Assembly (NCBI GenBank): GCA_963719225.1
Contig: CAVRAY010000002.1
Coordinates: forward strand, 256,001-320,000
DNA from: Thermoanaerobaculia bacterium
Lineage (GTDB): Bacteria > Acidobacteriota > Thermoanaerobaculia > UBA5066
DNA length: 64,000 nt
Direction of reading: 5' to 3'
In this document: one piece after another, positions 1-11,152 of the stretch
Layout of the letters: each line of letters begins with the position of its first letter
Numbering within the stretch: position 1 is the stretch's first letter
The notes under the pieces: model-generated
Database searches by the model: none
The model's input: only the letters and a program-made list of their open reading frames with translations
Told to the model about the DNA's origin: nothing
Made by a program: the position numbers and the translations under genes

Positions 1-10
1 TCCGTGGCAC

Positions 11-42
11 AAAAACGCCCGGCGAGCCTAAGCGCGCCGGGC
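11..42 (-). terminator. Rho-independent terminator downstream of rpsU
   Basis: 8-bp inverted repeat gcccggcg (17-24) / cgccgggc (35-42), followed on the minus strand by a T5 tract (11-15). Confidence 0.7.
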
Positions 43-76
43 CAGTCGAGCTCGGAATGACTCACGGAACGGGAAT

Positions 77-283
77 CTACATCCCCGTGCGTCGCTCTTC
101 CGCCAGCTTGCGGAGCATCTTCTTGCGGGCGGCGATCGCCTTGCGTTTGCGCTTGGCCGAGGGCTTCTCGTAGTGCTGACGCTTCTTGAGCTCGGAGAGG
201 ATTCCGGATTTCTCGCACTTGCGCTTGAATCGGCGCAGGGCGTTTTCGAACGATTCGTCTTCCTTGACGTGGATCAGCGGCAC
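77..283 (-). CDS. rpsU: 30S ribosomal protein S21
   Basis: (M)[41 protein letters not shown]; GTG at 283 preceded by SD GAGGAGGGAG. Confidence 0.97.
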   Translation of the reverse strand: MPLIHVKEDESFENALRRFKRKCEKSGILSELKKRQHYEKPSAKRKRKAIAARKKMLRKLAEERRTGM

Positions 284-479
284 TTCGGATCTCCCTCCTC
301 TCCGGCCCCGAATGCCCGTGGAACGGTCGTTCCCGAGGGCGTGGGCGAACTCCACATGCTAAAGGGGGCGGCGCCCGAGGTCAACGTGTCCCTTCCCGGC
401 CCCGTGCCGCGACGCTGTCCGAATATAATGCCGCGAACACGACGCCGAAGGCCCCCGCGATGGCGCCGTCAGGAGACGT

Positions 480-2105
480 ATGCCGGTCGACCCAGCCGCG
501 ACACGCCGCTTGATCGAATCGCTGTCGACGCATCTCGAGGACCACCTCGCGACGTGGAAGTCGTCGCTCGTGGACGCGCGGCGGGACATCGAGGCGCTTC
601 TCTCGACCCTCTCCGACAAGATCCCCGCGCACGCCAAGCCCCTCCTCCCCGAGAACCTCGTGTCGCTCATGCTCGAGGACGTCATCCCCGCGCCGCCTCC
701 GCCCGTGCCCGCGGCGGCACCGGGGGCGCCGCAGGCCGACTGGACCGTCGTGCGCGGTTCGCTCGCGGCGATCGAATCGGCCCGCTCGCAGGTCGACGTT
801 CTCTCGCGTTTTCTCACGCGCGTGAACGCGCACGCCTCGCGCGTGGCCCTTCTCGTGTTGCGCAACGACCGGCTCACCGGGTGGAAGTCCGTCGGCTTCG
901 ACGCGTCCGGCGGACGCGACGAGGCCGTCCGCGCTCTCGATCTCGGCGGCGAGGACGATCCCTTCGTCGCGGCTCTGCTCAAGTCACAGCGCTCGATGCT
1001 CGCCGAGCCGCCCGACGAGTCCGGGCCGCTTCGCCGCGCCCTTTCGGGTCAGGCGCCTGCGCGCACGCTCCTCGTCCCCATGGTGATCCGCGACCGGCTC
1101 GCCGGCGTCGTCTGCGCGGACGAGCTGCCAGGGGAGGAGGGGCGGTTGAACGAGGCCGCCGTCGAGGTCCTCACGTTCGTGACGGGACTCGCCGTGGATC
1201 TCCTCGCCGCGCGCAAGAAGATCCCGTCTCCCTCTCTCACGCCGACCGGCGAAGCGATCCCGCGCTTCGAGCCGCCGGCCACCACGATGCGAATGGCGGT
1301 TTCCGGCTTCGAGATCGCGACTCCTTTCGCGGCTCCGCCCGCTCCGACCCCCGCCCCCGGGCCGGCGCCCGCGCCGGCTCCGTCGACGATGCGCACGCGC
1401 TCCACAGACGCCGGCGAAGCCCTGCGCGCGATCGAGGAAGCGGCCAAGACGAGGATTCCCCAGGGGATCCGTTCCTTCTCGTCCGACCCCGGGTTGACCA
1501 GCGCGATTCCGACGATCGGCGCGGCGCCTCCCCCTCCGGCGCCCTCGTTCCCGTCGCTCTCCTCCGCGCCCGCCGTCACGCCCGCGCCGCCGCCTCCCGC
1601 GCCGCCCTCCGTCGCGGGGTCGCCGCCGTCGCCGCTCGCGAACGCCTCCACGGGCGACTTCACCGGCGCGTTCGAGGCTCTGCGCGCATCCGGACGGGTC
1701 CCGCCGCCGGGGGAGGGCGAGGTGACGGCGCAGAAGCCCTCCCGCGTCACGTCCGCCGTCATGCCGCCCCGCGACCTGGCGAGTGCTCCCCGGCCGATCT
1801 CGGGCTTCGTCCCGCGCGGCCGCGCCGCGGGGGCCGCCGACAGTCCGCAGCGCGCTCTCGACGACGCGCGCCGCCTCGCACGTCTTCTCATTTCGGAGAT
1901 CAAGCTCTACAACGAGAAGAAAGTCGAGGATGGCCGCGCCGCCGGCGATCTCTACGAGCGCCTGAAGGACGACATCGAAAGAAGCCGGCAGGTTTACGAC
2001 GAGCGCACGCCGGCCAGCATCCGGCAGGACACCAACTTCTTCCACGACGAGCTCGTGCGCATCCTCGCCGACGGGCGGGCCGAAGCGCTCGGCTCGGTGA
2101 GCTGA
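480..2105 (+). CDS. GAF-like domain protein with Pro/Ala-rich linker and conserved C-terminal helical domain (RomX-like)
   Basis: GAF-like segment (LLVPMVIRDRLAGVVCAD); C-terminal ARRLARLLISEIKLYNEKKV...NFF motif; SD AGGAG. Confidence 0.7.
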   Translation: MPVDPAATRRLIESLSTHLEDHLATWKSSLVDARRDIEALLSTLSDKIPAHAKPLLPENLVSLMLEDVIPAPPPPVPAAAPGAPQADWTVVRGSLAAIESARSQVDVLSRFLTRVNAHASRVALLVLRNDRLTGWKSVGFDASGGRDEAVRALDLGGEDDPFVAALLKSQRSMLAEPPDESGPLRRALSGQAPARTLLVPMVIRDRLAGVVCADELPGEEGRLNEAAVEVLTFVTGLAVDLLAARKKIPSPSLTPTGEAIPRFEPPATTMRMAVSGFEIATPFAAPPAPTPAPGPAPAPAPSTMRTRSTDAGEALRAIEEAAKTRIPQGIRSFSSDPGLTSAIPTIGAAPPPPAPSFPSLSSAPAVTPAPPPPAPPSVAGSPPSPLANASTGDFTGAFEALRASGRVPPPGEGEVTAQKPSRVTSAVMPPRDLASAPRPISGFVPRGRAAGAADSPQRALDDARRLARLLISEIKLYNEKKVEDGRAAGDLYERLKDDIERSRQVYDERTPASIRQDTNFFHDELVRILADGRAEALGSVS

Positions 2106-2112
2106 GACGCCG

Positions 2113-4251
2113 ATTCTCGGGGCTCTCCTCCTCGCGGTCGCGCTCGCCTCCGGGAGCGCTGAGGGGACGGCCTCTTTCGGCGTTTCCCAGGCCGCGCGCG
2201 AGCCGGAAGCCCTGCGCGAAAGGCTGCGTGCCGCGTCCGCCGCTCTCCTCAGGGAGGATGGCTCCGCGGCGCTGCTCGTGGCGGGCCTCGACTCGTCTTC
2301 CCTCGGTCTGTCCGGTCTGCCGGAGTGGATCGCTCTCGCGTCTGGCCTTGCCTCGAGGACGACGAGCGTGAACGCGCTCCTCGCGTTCGAGGCGAAGGAG
2401 CCCGGCGAACCTTTTGCCTACCTCGCGCTCTCTCTGGCCGCCCGTCTCGCGACGACCCCCGAGGAGAGGACGTCCGTGCGTGCCGCCCTCCTCGCGCGAC
2501 CGGGGCCGCCGCCCGCCCGACCGCGAGCCTTCATCGCGCGCGCGCTCGCCGAAGCGCGGATTCTCGGCAGCGACGCCGGCCGCCAGCGCCTCGTCGCGCT
2601 CGCGACGGTTTTTCCCGACGCACCCACCCGCGCCGCCGACCTCTTCGAGGACGCCGACCGCGACGCCTTCGACGCGGCCGTCAACACGGCGAACGCGGAC
2701 GTTCGCGTGAAGAGGGCGCGGGCCCTCGTCGCCCGCGATCCGAAGACCGCGTCCGCGCTTCTGCGCTCTCTCGGTCCCGCTCCGCCCGCCGCTTCGATCC
2801 CATCGGCAGCCGATGCCTGGCTCGCCGCCGGCAGTCCGCGTGACGCCAGGCGCCTTCTCGCCCGCCTGCCGGTTCCCTCCGATGAAGGGGCCGCTCTTCA
2901 TCTTTCCGCGCTGTCGTGGCTCGTCGAGACGAGCCTGCTCGGCACGCCGGACCCCTTGACCACTCGCCGCAGTCGGCGCGCGCGAGCCGTACGCGCCTCG
3001 AAGTCCCCCGCCCCGGTCTCCGAGAAGGCGAAGGCCGCGGCGGCGCGACACCTCGCACGTCTCGACGCGTTGCTCGCGAAGCCGCTGTCCGAAGAGGACC
3101 GTCGGCGGCTCCTGGACAGCGGAGTCCGTCTCGCGTTCAAGACCAACCACGCCGACGGGGCCCGCCTCCTCCTGTCGCCTCTCGTTCGCCTCGATCCCGC
3201 GACCGAGGCGGGTGCGGCGGAGTGGTTTGCCGAGGCCTGGACGCATTACCTGGCCGGTGATTTCGCGGTCGCCGCGCGCCTCCTCGACGAGCAGATCACC
3301 GCGTACCGGCCGGTGTTCCTGAAGCGGCGCGCGACGTACTGGTCCGCCCGCGCCCACGAGCGCGGCGGCGACGCGGCCACCGCGAAGGCTCTCTATGCGG
3401 GACTCCTCTCGGGAACGGTCCCCGACCTCTACGCGCGATGGGCGGCCGCCGCGCTCGGCGTCACGCTGCCCGCCGTGGCGCCCCCCGCCGTCCCCCTGGA
3501 AGTGGCGGAGGTGCCCGGCGTTCCGGGCGCGCCTTCCCGGGAGCTGCTCCGTTGCGGGTTTCCCGGTCTCGCCGAAGACGCAGCCGAAAGCGAAGGCTCT
3601 CTCGACCCCCTGTTCTCGGGCCGAACCGCTTCGGCCCGCGGCGATCACCGGCGCGCGGCCGCCATCCTGAAAAGCCGCTACCCCGAGCTGGGGACCCCGG
3701 AGGAAGGCGCCGTCCCACCGGACGCGCGAAGCGCGTACTACCCGCTCGCGGAAGCCGACCGGATCGCGGAGGCCGCTCGGGCGGCGGGAGTGCCCGCCTC
3801 GCTCCTCTTCGGCCTCATCCGGCAGGAAAGCGTCTTCACCGAGAACGCGAAGTCCCGCTCCGGCGCCCTCGGGCTCATGCAGGTCATGCCCGCGACCGGC
3901 CGGCTGCTTTTCCGGAAGGAGAACGGCAAGGGACGGCCGGACCTCAACGACCCGTCCGCGAACCTGCGCCTCGGCGCGCGTTACCTCAGGCAGCTCCTCG
4001 ACGCGTTCCACGGAGATACCGCCGCGGCGCTCGCGGCGTACAACGCGGGGCCGGGCCGCGTGCGCGCGTGGAAGAAGGCGTCGGGCCTCGTCCCGGAAGA
4101 CGAATTCCTGGAGTCGATCCCGTTCGGAGAGACGCGCCAGTACGTCAAGCGCGTCCTGTTCTACCAGGGCAGCTACGCGTCTCTCTACGGACTTCCTCTC
4201 GACAACGCGCCGCCCGTCGCTACGCTCCCGGTCTCCGAGCCGAGGCCCTGA
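2113..4251 (+). CDS. Soluble lytic transglycosylase (TPR-like + SLT domain); start uncertain, first canonical start 2278
   Basis: IRQES, GALGLMQVMP, AYNAGPG, ETRQYV motifs; in-frame signal-peptide-like ILGALLLAVALASG from 2113. Confidence 0.85.
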   Translation: MLGALLLAVALASGSAEGTASFGVSQAAREPEALRERLRAASAALLREDGSAALLVAGLDSSSLGLSGLPEWIALASGLASRTTSVNALLAFEAKEPGEPFAYLALSLAARLATTPEERTSVRAALLARPGPPPARPRAFIARALAEARILGSDAGRQRLVALATVFPDAPTRAADLFEDADRDAFDAAVNTANADVRVKRARALVARDPKTASALLRSLGPAPPAASIPSAADAWLAAGSPRDARRLLARLPVPSDEGAALHLSALSWLVETSLLGTPDPLTTRRSRRARAVRASKSPAPVSEKAKAAAARHLARLDALLAKPLSEEDRRRLLDSGVRLAFKTNHADGARLLLSPLVRLDPATEAGAAEWFAEAWTHYLAGDFAVAARLLDEQITAYRPVFLKRRATYWSARAHERGGDAATAKALYAGLLSGTVPDLYARWAAAALGVTLPAVAPPAVPLEVAEVPGVPGAPSRELLRCGFPGLAEDAAESEGSLDPLFSGRTASARGDHRRAAAILKSRYPELGTPEEGAVPPDARSAYYPLAEADRIAEAARAAGVPASLLFGLIRQESVFTENAKSRSGALGLMQVMPATGRLLFRKENGKGRPDLNDPSANLRLGARYLRQLLDAFHGDTAAALAAYNAGPGRVRAWKKASGLVPEDEFLESIPFGETRQYVKRVLFYQGSYASLYGLPLDNAPPVATLPVSEPRP

Positions 4252-4725
4252 TCAGGCCACGCCGGGAGCCTTGGCGGGCTTCGCGGCGGCCTTGCGGCAG
4301 GCCGCGCAGAGGCCGCGGATCTGATGGGAGTGCGACGTCGCGACGAAGTCGTGCTCCCGGCAGACCGCCTCCTGGCGCTTCTCGATGGCCGCGTCGATGA
4401 ACTCGATGACCTTGCCGCAGCTCGAGCACACGAGGTGGTCGTGGTGCTCGCCCTTGCGGAGTCTTTCGTAACGGTACTTCTCCTCGTTCAGCCTCACGCG
4501 GCCCACGAGGCCGCAGCCGTGAAGGAGCTCGAGAGTCCGGTAGATCGTCGCGCGGCTGACCTTCGTTCCGCGGTCGCGCATGCGAATGACGAGATCCTCC
4601 GCGTCGAAATGCCGATGGGCGGAGAAGATCTCGTCGAAGAGGGCGGTCCTCTCTCGCGTGACTTTCAGGCCCTTCTTGCGCAGGAAATCATCGAAAACCC
4701 GGCGTTCGTCGGCGTATTGATTCAC
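4252..4725 (-). CDS. fur: Fur family transcriptional repressor
   Basis: HFDAEDL, SRATIYRTL, HHDHLVCSSCG, C-terminal CAAC. Confidence 0.9.
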   Translation of the reverse strand: MNQYADERRVFDDFLRKKGLKVTRERTALFDEIFSAHRHFDAEDLVIRMRDRGTKVSRATIYRTLELLHGCGLVGRVRLNEEKYRYERLRKGEHHDHLVCSSCGKVIEFIDAAIEKRQEAVCREHDFVATSHSHQIRGLCAACRKAAAKPAKAPGVA

Positions 4726-4784
4726 TTGCTAAAGATACCAGCCCTGCGACCAAGGGGGAATCCCTATTCGCGAATGCGTCTTGA

Positions 4785-4826
4785 TGCGGGGGAAACTGCC
4801 CCGCAGTTTCCCCCGCACCCCCTTCA
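4785..4826 (-). repeat. REP-like palindromic element, copy 1
   Basis: Perfect 15-bp inverted repeat tgcgggggaaactgc/gcagtttcccccgca preceded on the minus strand by TGAAGGGGG; related to copies at 46.0 and 55.1 kb. Confidence 0.7.
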
Positions 4827-5612
4827 TTGCCGATTGACCCCCTTGTCGTACTCGAAGAACTTGATCGCATAGCCCTTCGGCACCTTCGGAAGGTTCCCGC
4901 GATACCGGTTCACGTAGTCGATCTGGTTCCCGTCGGGATTCCCGTGGGCTTTCTCGTACGCCACGAAATCCCCCGAGAACCAGTCGAAGATCTTGGAGAG
5001 CGTGACCGTTTTCGCCGCGTCGTCGATCGACACGTTGCGCTTCTCGGCGACGAAGCCTTTCATCCCATCGTCGAGCTGCTCGTCGAGCTTCCCGGGGTCG
5101 AAGGCGACCGGGGGCAGGCGCGGACAGCCCTTCGACGCGCAGTTCAGAGCGGCGTGGACGCGGGGGTCCTTGAAGCCTTCACGGATGGTCTTGTCCTCGA
5201 GCTTCTTGAGGTTCAGCTTCTCGCCGCCGAGGACGATGTCCATGCCCACGAAAAAGGAGTACCCGGAAAAGAGGCCACCCTTCCAGACGCTCTCTTTCTC
5301 GGGCCCGCGCCCGAGGACGCCCTTGAAGACCTGGGCGTTGTAGGCGTTCAGCCAGTAGGCAAGCTGGTCGCTCTTCGATGGAAACAGCTCCGGATTCGAC
5401 CGCGGGCTGATCTTCTCGATGGACGCGAGAAAACGGTCGAGGTCCGGGCGGTCTGCCGCGAGCGCGTCGTAATTGACGTAGCCGCGCCCATCGACGTACT
5501 TCCCGAGGACCTTGTTCCAGTCCTCGTAGGAGAATCTCGGGGCGGCCTGGAGCGCGAGGGGAAACAGCGCGCAGAGAAGGAGCGCGGCAGAGGCGGACGT
5601 GCGGCGGGTCAC
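4824..5612 (-). CDS. DUF547 domain-containing secreted protein
   Basis: Signal peptide; LAYWLNAYNA, DPRVHAALNCASKGCP, LSKIFDWFSGDF; GTG 5612 with SD AAAGGAGGT. Confidence 0.9.
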   Translation of the reverse strand: MTRRTSASAALLLCALFPLALQAAPRFSYEDWNKVLGKYVDGRGYVNYDALAADRPDLDRFLASIEKISPRSNPELFPSKSDQLAYWLNAYNAQVFKGVLGRGPEKESVWKGGLFSGYSFFVGMDIVLGGEKLNLKKLEDKTIREGFKDPRVHAALNCASKGCPRLPPVAFDPGKLDEQLDDGMKGFVAEKRNVSIDDAAKTVTLSKIFDWFSGDFVAYEKAHGNPDGNQIDYVNRYRGNLPKVPKGYAIKFFEYDKGVNRQ

Positions 5613-5717
5613 GGGAACCTCCTTTCGGGAACTCGGGATGAGGCGAACCGCCTCGCAGCTATTCCGGATCGCACCGCCTCCCCGGATCATTCCGGCCGGC
5701 GCGTAAGATTCGCAAAC

Positions 5718-7874
5718 ATGCCTTCCGAAGCGGGTTCGCCGGGGCTGTCCGAGCGCATCGACCAGTACCGGATCGTGCGCCGGCTCGCGCTCGGTGGCAT
5801 GGCCGAGATCCTCGAAGCGGTGGACGAGAGGTCCGGTCGGACGGTCGCGCTCAAGAAGATCCTGCCGCACATCGCCACGGATCCCGATTTCCTCGACCGA
5901 TTCTTCCACGAGATCAGGATCCAGATCTCGCTGAAGCACCCGAACATCGTCGAGCTCGTGGACTGCAGCCCGACGCCGGATCTCGCCTACATCGTCATGG
6001 AATACGTCGACGGCGGCGAGCTGAATGGCCTCCGCAAGCAGTGCGGCCGTTTCCCGTGGGAGATCGCCCTTTTCGTCACGCGCGAGGCCCTCGCCGGGCT
6101 CGCGGCGGCTCACGCGAAGGGCGTCATTCACCGGGACATCAAGCCGCAGAACATCATGTGGACGCACGAAGGGTGCGTGAAGATCGGGGACTTCGGCATC
6201 AGCCACGCCGCGCACCTCACGCGGCTCACGCACACGGGCACCGTCGTCGGCACGCCCGCCCACATGTCCCCCGAACAGGCGCGCGGAGAGGAGCTGGACG
6301 TCAGGACGGACCTCTTTTCCATGGGAACCGTGCTCTACGAGCTTCTCTGCGGGTACAACCCCTTCACGGCGGATTCCATCGCGTCGTCCCTTCGCCGCGT
6401 CGCGGACGCCGAGCCCGACCTGCCCTCTCTTCTCGATCCGTCGATTCCCCCTTCGGTCGACACGTTCCTCCGAAAACTGCATGCGAAAGACCGTACGCGG
6501 CGCTTCTCGAGCGCGAACGCCGCGTGCGACGCGCTCGATACTCTCTTCGCGAAAGAGAGCGTCACGAAGCCCGGAGTCCTCTTCCGGACGTTCCTCGAGA
6601 ACCCCGCCGCCTTCGTCGCCGAGCGCAACCGGCGGCTCGCCAAGGAGTCCAACGCCGTCGCGGAACGCCTTCTGCAGGACGCGAACGCACGCCCCGAGGA
6701 AGCTCTCTGGGCGGCATACCGTACGGTCGCCTGCACTCCGGACGACCCGGCCGCGCAGACGCTTCTGCGCACAGCGGCGTTGCGCGCCGGGCAGCGCGAG
6801 AAGCCCCTCGACAACGCGCGCATCCGCGAGCTCGAGGAGGCGTTGAAGAAGGATCCCGACAACCTCGCCCTTCTCCTGCAGCTCGCGAAGCTGTACCGGC
6901 TCGAGCACGACTTCCTCAACCTCATGCGCTTTTTCCGGAAGCTGCAGGTCCTCGCGCCGCCCGACCCGTACACGCAGGGGCAGATCGCGTCCCTTCTCTC
7001 GGGTGGTGAACCGACGCCCGGCTTCGCGACGCGTGCGGTGCCGCTCGGCGCGGGCGGAACGCCGCGCACGGTGCCGGTCATCCCGCGCGACGAGACGAGC
7101 CGCCGCGGCCTGATGGCCGCGGCGCTCGTCGTCGCCACGCTCGCCGCGCTCGGCGCCTGGTGGGCGAAGCGGGCGCCGCGCCTTCCGTCGGGAGAGCGCC
7201 CGCCCACAACCGCGGTCGCGCCGGCCGCCGTCGTGCCGGTCCGACCGGGCCCGGGCGCCGACGCCACACTCGAGCGCGTGCTGGAGCGCGGAGCGCTCCT
7301 CGAAAAGGCGAGCGGGGCGCCGGCTGCTCTCGCGTATTACGAAGAGTCCGTCTCCACGGTACCGGCGGCGTCTCGCGCGGATCTCCTTTCGACGATCGCC
7401 GATCTGGCCGTGAGGACGCAGGACCGCGCGCGAGCAACGAGAGCCCTGGACGAGCTGCTCAAGATCCCGGCCGCGCGCCCCGAGGCCCTCCTCAAGAAGG
7501 GCGACTTCCTCGAAGCACAGTCTCAGGACGAAGCCGCCGAGCGCGCGTTCGACGAGGCGGCTCGCGCGGGCGATCCGGACGTGAGCGTCCGCGCGACTCT
7601 CCGGCTCGCGCGGGGAGCCGAGAGAACCCGGAACGTCCTGCGCGCGACGACTCTTTACGAGGAGATCCTCCTCAAGGCTCCGGTCTCCCCTCACGCGGAC
7701 CAGGCCCGTCTCGGGCTCGCCGGGCTCTACGGGAGCGCGGGACGTCTTTCGGACGCGCGGCGGCTCTACGAGGAAATCCTCAGGAGCGCAGCGCCTTCGA
7801 GCGACGTCCACAAGGCCGCCGTGGCCGGGATGAAAGCCCTCGAGGCCGCGCCGGCCGTGGAGAACCGCGGGTGA
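5718..7874 (+). CDS. Membrane Hanks-type Ser/Thr protein kinase with TPR repeats
   Basis: [32 protein letters not shown]; TM helix [19 protein letters not shown]; TPR-like C-terminus. Confidence 0.92.
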   Translation: MPSEAGSPGLSERIDQYRIVRRLALGGMAEILEAVDERSGRTVALKKILPHIATDPDFLDRFFHEIRIQISLKHPNIVELVDCSPTPDLAYIVMEYVDGGELNGLRKQCGRFPWEIALFVTREALAGLAAAHAKGVIHRDIKPQNIMWTHEGCVKIGDFGISHAAHLTRLTHTGTVVGTPAHMSPEQARGEELDVRTDLFSMGTVLYELLCGYNPFTADSIASSLRRVADAEPDLPSLLDPSIPPSVDTFLRKLHAKDRTRRFSSANAACDALDTLFAKESVTKPGVLFRTFLENPAAFVAERNRRLAKESNAVAERLLQDANARPEEALWAAYRTVACTPDDPAAQTLLRTAALRAGQREKPLDNARIRELEEALKKDPDNLALLLQLAKLYRLEHDFLNLMRFFRKLQVLAPPDPYTQGQIASLLSGGEPTPGFATRAVPLGAGGTPRTVPVIPRDETSRRGLMAAALVVATLAALGAWWAKRAPRLPSGERPPTTAVAPAAVVPVRPGPGADATLERVLERGALLEKASGAPAALAYYEESVSTVPAASRADLLSTIADLAVRTQDRARATRALDELLKIPAARPEALLKKGDFLEAQSQDEAAERAFDEAARAGDPDVSVRATLRLARGAERTRNVLRATTLYEEILLKAPVSPHADQARLGLAGLYGSAGRLSDARRLYEEILRSAAPSSDVHKAAVAGMKALEAAPAVENRG

Positions 7875-8290
7875 AGACGCATCGCAAGGTCCTGACGCTC
7901 CACCTCCCCGGAAGGATCGGCTTCGTGAACATCACCGACGAGGTCCAGGACGCGGTCGAGGAGAGCGGGGTTGTGGAGGGACTCTGTCTCGTCAACCCGA
8001 TGCACATCACGGCCTCGGTCTTCATCAACGACGACGAGGCCGGACTTCACCGTGATTACGAGCGATTCTTCGAGACGCTGGTCCCGCACGACCCGGTTTC
8101 CCAATGGCGACACAACGATACCGGCGAGGACAATGCCGACGCGCACGTCAAGAGGCAGCTCATGGGCCGCGAGGTCGTCGTCGCCATCACGAAGGGACGG
8201 CTGGACTTCGGGACGTGGGAACGGATCTTCTACGGCGAGTGGGACGGCCGCCGCGATAAACGCGTCCTCATCAAGATCCTCGGAGAGTAG
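7871..8290 (+). CDS. yjbQ: YjbQ/UPF0047 family protein (secondary thiamine-phosphate synthase)
   Basis: [37 protein letters not shown]; GTGA overlap with kinase stop. Confidence 0.92.
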   Translation: MKTHRKVLTLHLPGRIGFVNITDEVQDAVEESGVVEGLCLVNPMHITASVFINDDEAGLHRDYERFFETLVPHDPVSQWRHNDTGEDNADAHVKRQLMGREVVVAITKGRLDFGTWERIFYGEWDGRRDKRVLIKILGE

Positions 8291-8355
8291 GTGTACGCTC
8301 CTGCCGCAACCGACCAGAAAGTGAAGCGAAACGCCCCCGAAGGAGGTGGGTTCCG

Positions 8356-9252
8356 ATGAAGAGAATATCCCTCACGAGCACGCTTCTGTTGTCCCTCGTC
8401 GCGCTCCCGCTGTGCGCCGCCGAGAGTCCCGCCCCGCCCGGGCCGCCGAAAGTCCTCCAGATCTATCGCGAGGAGGTCAAGGCCGGAAAGGGCGCGGTGC
8501 ATGCCAAGGTCGAGAAGGGCTTCGTGGCGGCGTTTGCCCGGGCAAACTGGCCGACGCATTACATCGCCCTGACGACGGTCACGGGCCCGACGGAGGCCTG
8601 GTTCCTGACCGGATACCCCTCCTTCGCCGCGTGGGAGAAGGATCGGAACGACACCGAGAAGAACAAGGCGCTCACCGCGGACCTCGACAGGCTCATCGAG
8701 AAGGATGGAGAGCTGCTGACGAACGGTCGGAGCCTCGTCGCGGTCCTGCGCGAGGATCTGAGCGCGGGATCGCCCGTCGAGATTCCGAAGATGCGGTACT
8801 TCCGACTCATCACGTTCCGGGTGCGCCCGGGACACGAGAGCGACTTCCAGGACGCCGTGAAGATCGTGAAGACCGCGTACGAGAAGGCGAAGATCGACAC
8901 GCCGTGGGCCGTCTTCCAAGTCGCAGGCGGAATGCCGGGTCCGACGTTCATGCTCTTCATTCCGATGAAGTCGCTGTCCGAGATCGATACCGCGATCACG
9001 CGCGCCGGGGCGATCCGGGAGGCCGAGGGCCCCGAGAACGAAAAGGCCCTCGCGAAGATGGCGTCCGACGGGTACGCGACAGTCGAGAGCAACATCCTCG
9101 CCTTCAGCCCCGGGATGAGCTATCCCGCGAAGGAGTTCGTCGCCCGGGACCCGGAGTTCTGGACGCCCAAGCCGGAGGCGAAGCCCGCCGCATCCGCGAA
9201 GAAGGCCGAGGCCGGAACGAAGGGAGAGGCCAAGCCGGCCGAAAAGAAGTAA
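8356..9252 (+). CDS. Secreted hypothetical protein, duplicated NIPSNAP/ABM-like alpha-beta barrel
   Basis: Signal peptide; two similar halves (EEVKAGK / FRVRPGH); SD AGGAGG. Confidence 0.65.
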   Translation: MKRISLTSTLLLSLVALPLCAAESPAPPGPPKVLQIYREEVKAGKGAVHAKVEKGFVAAFARANWPTHYIALTTVTGPTEAWFLTGYPSFAAWEKDRNDTEKNKALTADLDRLIEKDGELLTNGRSLVAVLREDLSAGSPVEIPKMRYFRLITFRVRPGHESDFQDAVKIVKTAYEKAKIDTPWAVFQVAGGMPGPTFMLFIPMKSLSEIDTAITRAGAIREAEGPENEKALAKMASDGYATVESNILAFSPGMSYPAKEFVARDPEFWTPKPEAKPAASAKKAEAGTKGEAKPAEKK

Positions 9253-9259
9253 GAGCTTC

Positions 9260-11152
9260 CTAGTCGCCGTCGGGCTTTTCGGCCTCGAGCGCGAGATCGA
9301 TGAGCGTGTCCGCGAGCCGCGTGGCGCCGGGGCTCTCTCCTCCGAGAGCCTCGGCGAAACGCGCGCGCACGTTCGCCTCGCGCGCCTCGTCGCGAATCGG
9401 GCGGCCGGTGGCTTTCTTCACGGCGCCGACGCGGCGCGCGAGCTCGAGTCTCTGCGCGGCGAGACGCGCAATGCCGCCGTCCACGACGTCGATCGCGCGC
9501 CGGATCCTCTCCACCGATCCGCTCGCGCCCGGCAGGATGCCGAACTCGTCGAGCAGCTCCTCGAGGTCCTCGGGCAGGAGGGCCTGCGGCCCGTCGGAGA
9601 GCGCGGACTCGGGAGCGTCGTGGACCTCGATCATGAGTCCGTCCACGCCCGCGCCCCACGCCGCGCGCGCGAGGCCGGGCACGAGGTCGCGCCGGCCGGC
9701 GGCATGCGAGGGGTCCGCGAAGAGCGGGAGGTGCGTGAGGCTGCGGGCCGCGAGGAGGCCCCCGAGATCGAGCGTCCCGCGCGTCGCCTTCTCGAACGTG
9801 CGGATGCCCCGCTCGCAGAGGATCACGTCCTTGCATCCGGCCTCGAGGAGGTACTCGGCCGAGGAGAGCCACTCCTCGACGGTCGTTCCGAAGCCGCGTT
9901 TCAGGAAGACGGGGCGCGAGCTCTTGCCCGCCTCCTTGAGCAGATCGTAGTTCTGGCAGTTCCGCGCGCCGATCTGGAGCACGTCGGCCCGTTCGGCCAC
10001 CGGGACGACCTGCGCGGGCGCCATCACCTCCGTCACGATCGGGAGACCCGCGGCGTCGCCCGCCTCCTTCAGCCAGCCGAGAGCCTCGAGGCCGTGTCCC
10101 TGGAACGAGTAGGGAGAGGTGCGAGGCTTGAAGACGCCGCCGCGGAGCGCCGTCGCGCCCGCGCGCGCGACCGCCCGCGCCAGGCGCGCGACCTGCTCGG
10201 GCGATTCGACGGCGCAAGGCCCCGCGATCACGGCGCGGCGGCCTCCGCCGACGACGAACGGCCCCACGGCGACGACGCTCGGCTCGCGCACCTCCGTCAC
10301 TCTCGGGATGTCGCGCATCCGGGGCGGGCGCACGTACTCCGGGGCCGGCCCGAGCCAGATCACGCGCTCCTTGGCCGCAAGCTTCCCCGTTCCCGCCGCC
10401 GCCCGCACGACGCTCTTCTCCGGCACGACCGCGAAGCCCCGGACGGGATCGTCCGGGGTTCCCGGCAGCGAGAGAATCTCCGCGCCGGCATCCGCGAGAG
10501 CGGAGGACGCTTTGACGCCCGCGTAGAAAACCACGCGCGGGGCCGGGGCATCGGGCGGGGCGTCGCTCTCCGGCGGGACCTCCGCGGCCGCTCCCGCGCG
10601 GGCCAGCCGCCAGAAGCGCGTCGTGTTCGGCCGGACGTCGGAGACGTCTTCCTCGAGGATGAGGAGGCCGGCCTCGAGCGCCGCCTCTTCCGAGCAGACC
10701 GCCGCCCGGGCCCCTCCCTCTTCCTTCACGCGAAACGCGGCGTATGCCGTGTCGTTCGTCTCGATCGGAATCGCGTCGAGGCGCGCGAGGAGACGGCGGC
10801 ACTGCCGGAGCGCCGCCGCCTGGGAATGAACCTCGCGCACGCTCTCGACCGAAAGCCCCTCTGGCGCCGCGAGGACGAGCCTCACGGGAACTTCGATCTC
10901 GGCCTCGACGGCGAGCGCCGATTCCCCTTCCTTGAGCGAGCGGGCGAGCACGTCAAGCGACTCCAGGATCGGCCCGTCCACCCTGTTGACGGCGGGCATC
11001 ACGGCGCACGCGATCTCTCCGGCGAGGAGAGCGCGCAGCGTGCGGTCGAACGTGGGGAACGCGACGGGCTTGCCGCAGCGCGCCGCGGCGCGGGCCGAGA
11101 AGGAGCCGGGCTGCCCCTGATAGCCCGCGAGCTCCGTCCCGAGCGGGGTCAC
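9260..11152 (-). CDS. Trifunctional prephenate dehydratase / DAHP synthase (type I-beta) / chorismate mutase fusion
   Basis: N: YQGQPGSFS...SQAAALRQC...NTTRF; middle: [25 protein letters not shown]; C: IRRAIDVVD...[14 protein letters not shown]...RDEARE. Confidence 0.9.
   Translation of the reverse strand: MTPLGTELAGYQGQPGSFSARAAARCGKPVAFPTFDRTLRALLAGEIACAVMPAVNRVDGPILESLDVLARSLKEGESALAVEAEIEVPVRLVLAAPEGLSVESVREVHSQAAALRQCRRLLARLDAIPIETNDTAYAAFRVKEEGGARAAVCSEEAALEAGLLILEEDVSDVRPNTTRFWRLARAGAAAEVPPESDAPPDAPAPRVVFYAGVKASSALADAGAEILSLPGTPDDPVRGFAVVPEKSVVRAAAGTGKLAAKERVIWLGPAPEYVRPPRMRDIPRVTEVREPSVVAVGPFVVGGGRRAVIAGPCAVESPEQVARLARAVARAGATALRGGVFKPRTSPYSFQGHGLEALGWLKEAGDAAGLPIVTEVMAPAQVVPVAERADVLQIGARNCQNYDLLKEAGKSSRPVFLKRGFGTTVEEWLSSAEYLLEAGCKDVILCERGIRTFEKATRGTLDLGGLLAARSLTHLPLFADPSHAAGRRDLVPGLARAAWGAGVDGLMIEVHDAPESALSDGPQALLPEDLEELLDEFGILPGASGSVERIRRAIDVVDGGIARLAAQRLELARRVGAVKKATGRPIRDEAREANVRARFAEALGGESPGATRLADTLIDLALEAEKPDGD

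Noticed and set aside
1320-1640. Low-complexity GC-rich repeats (also 51340-51540)
   Set aside because: Explained by Pro/Ala-rich protein linkers.
4824-7874. Apparent fully overlapping 995-aa and 1015-aa ORFs on opposite strands
   Set aside because: The real genes are divergent and non-overlapping: DUF547 starts at 5612 and the kinase at 5718.
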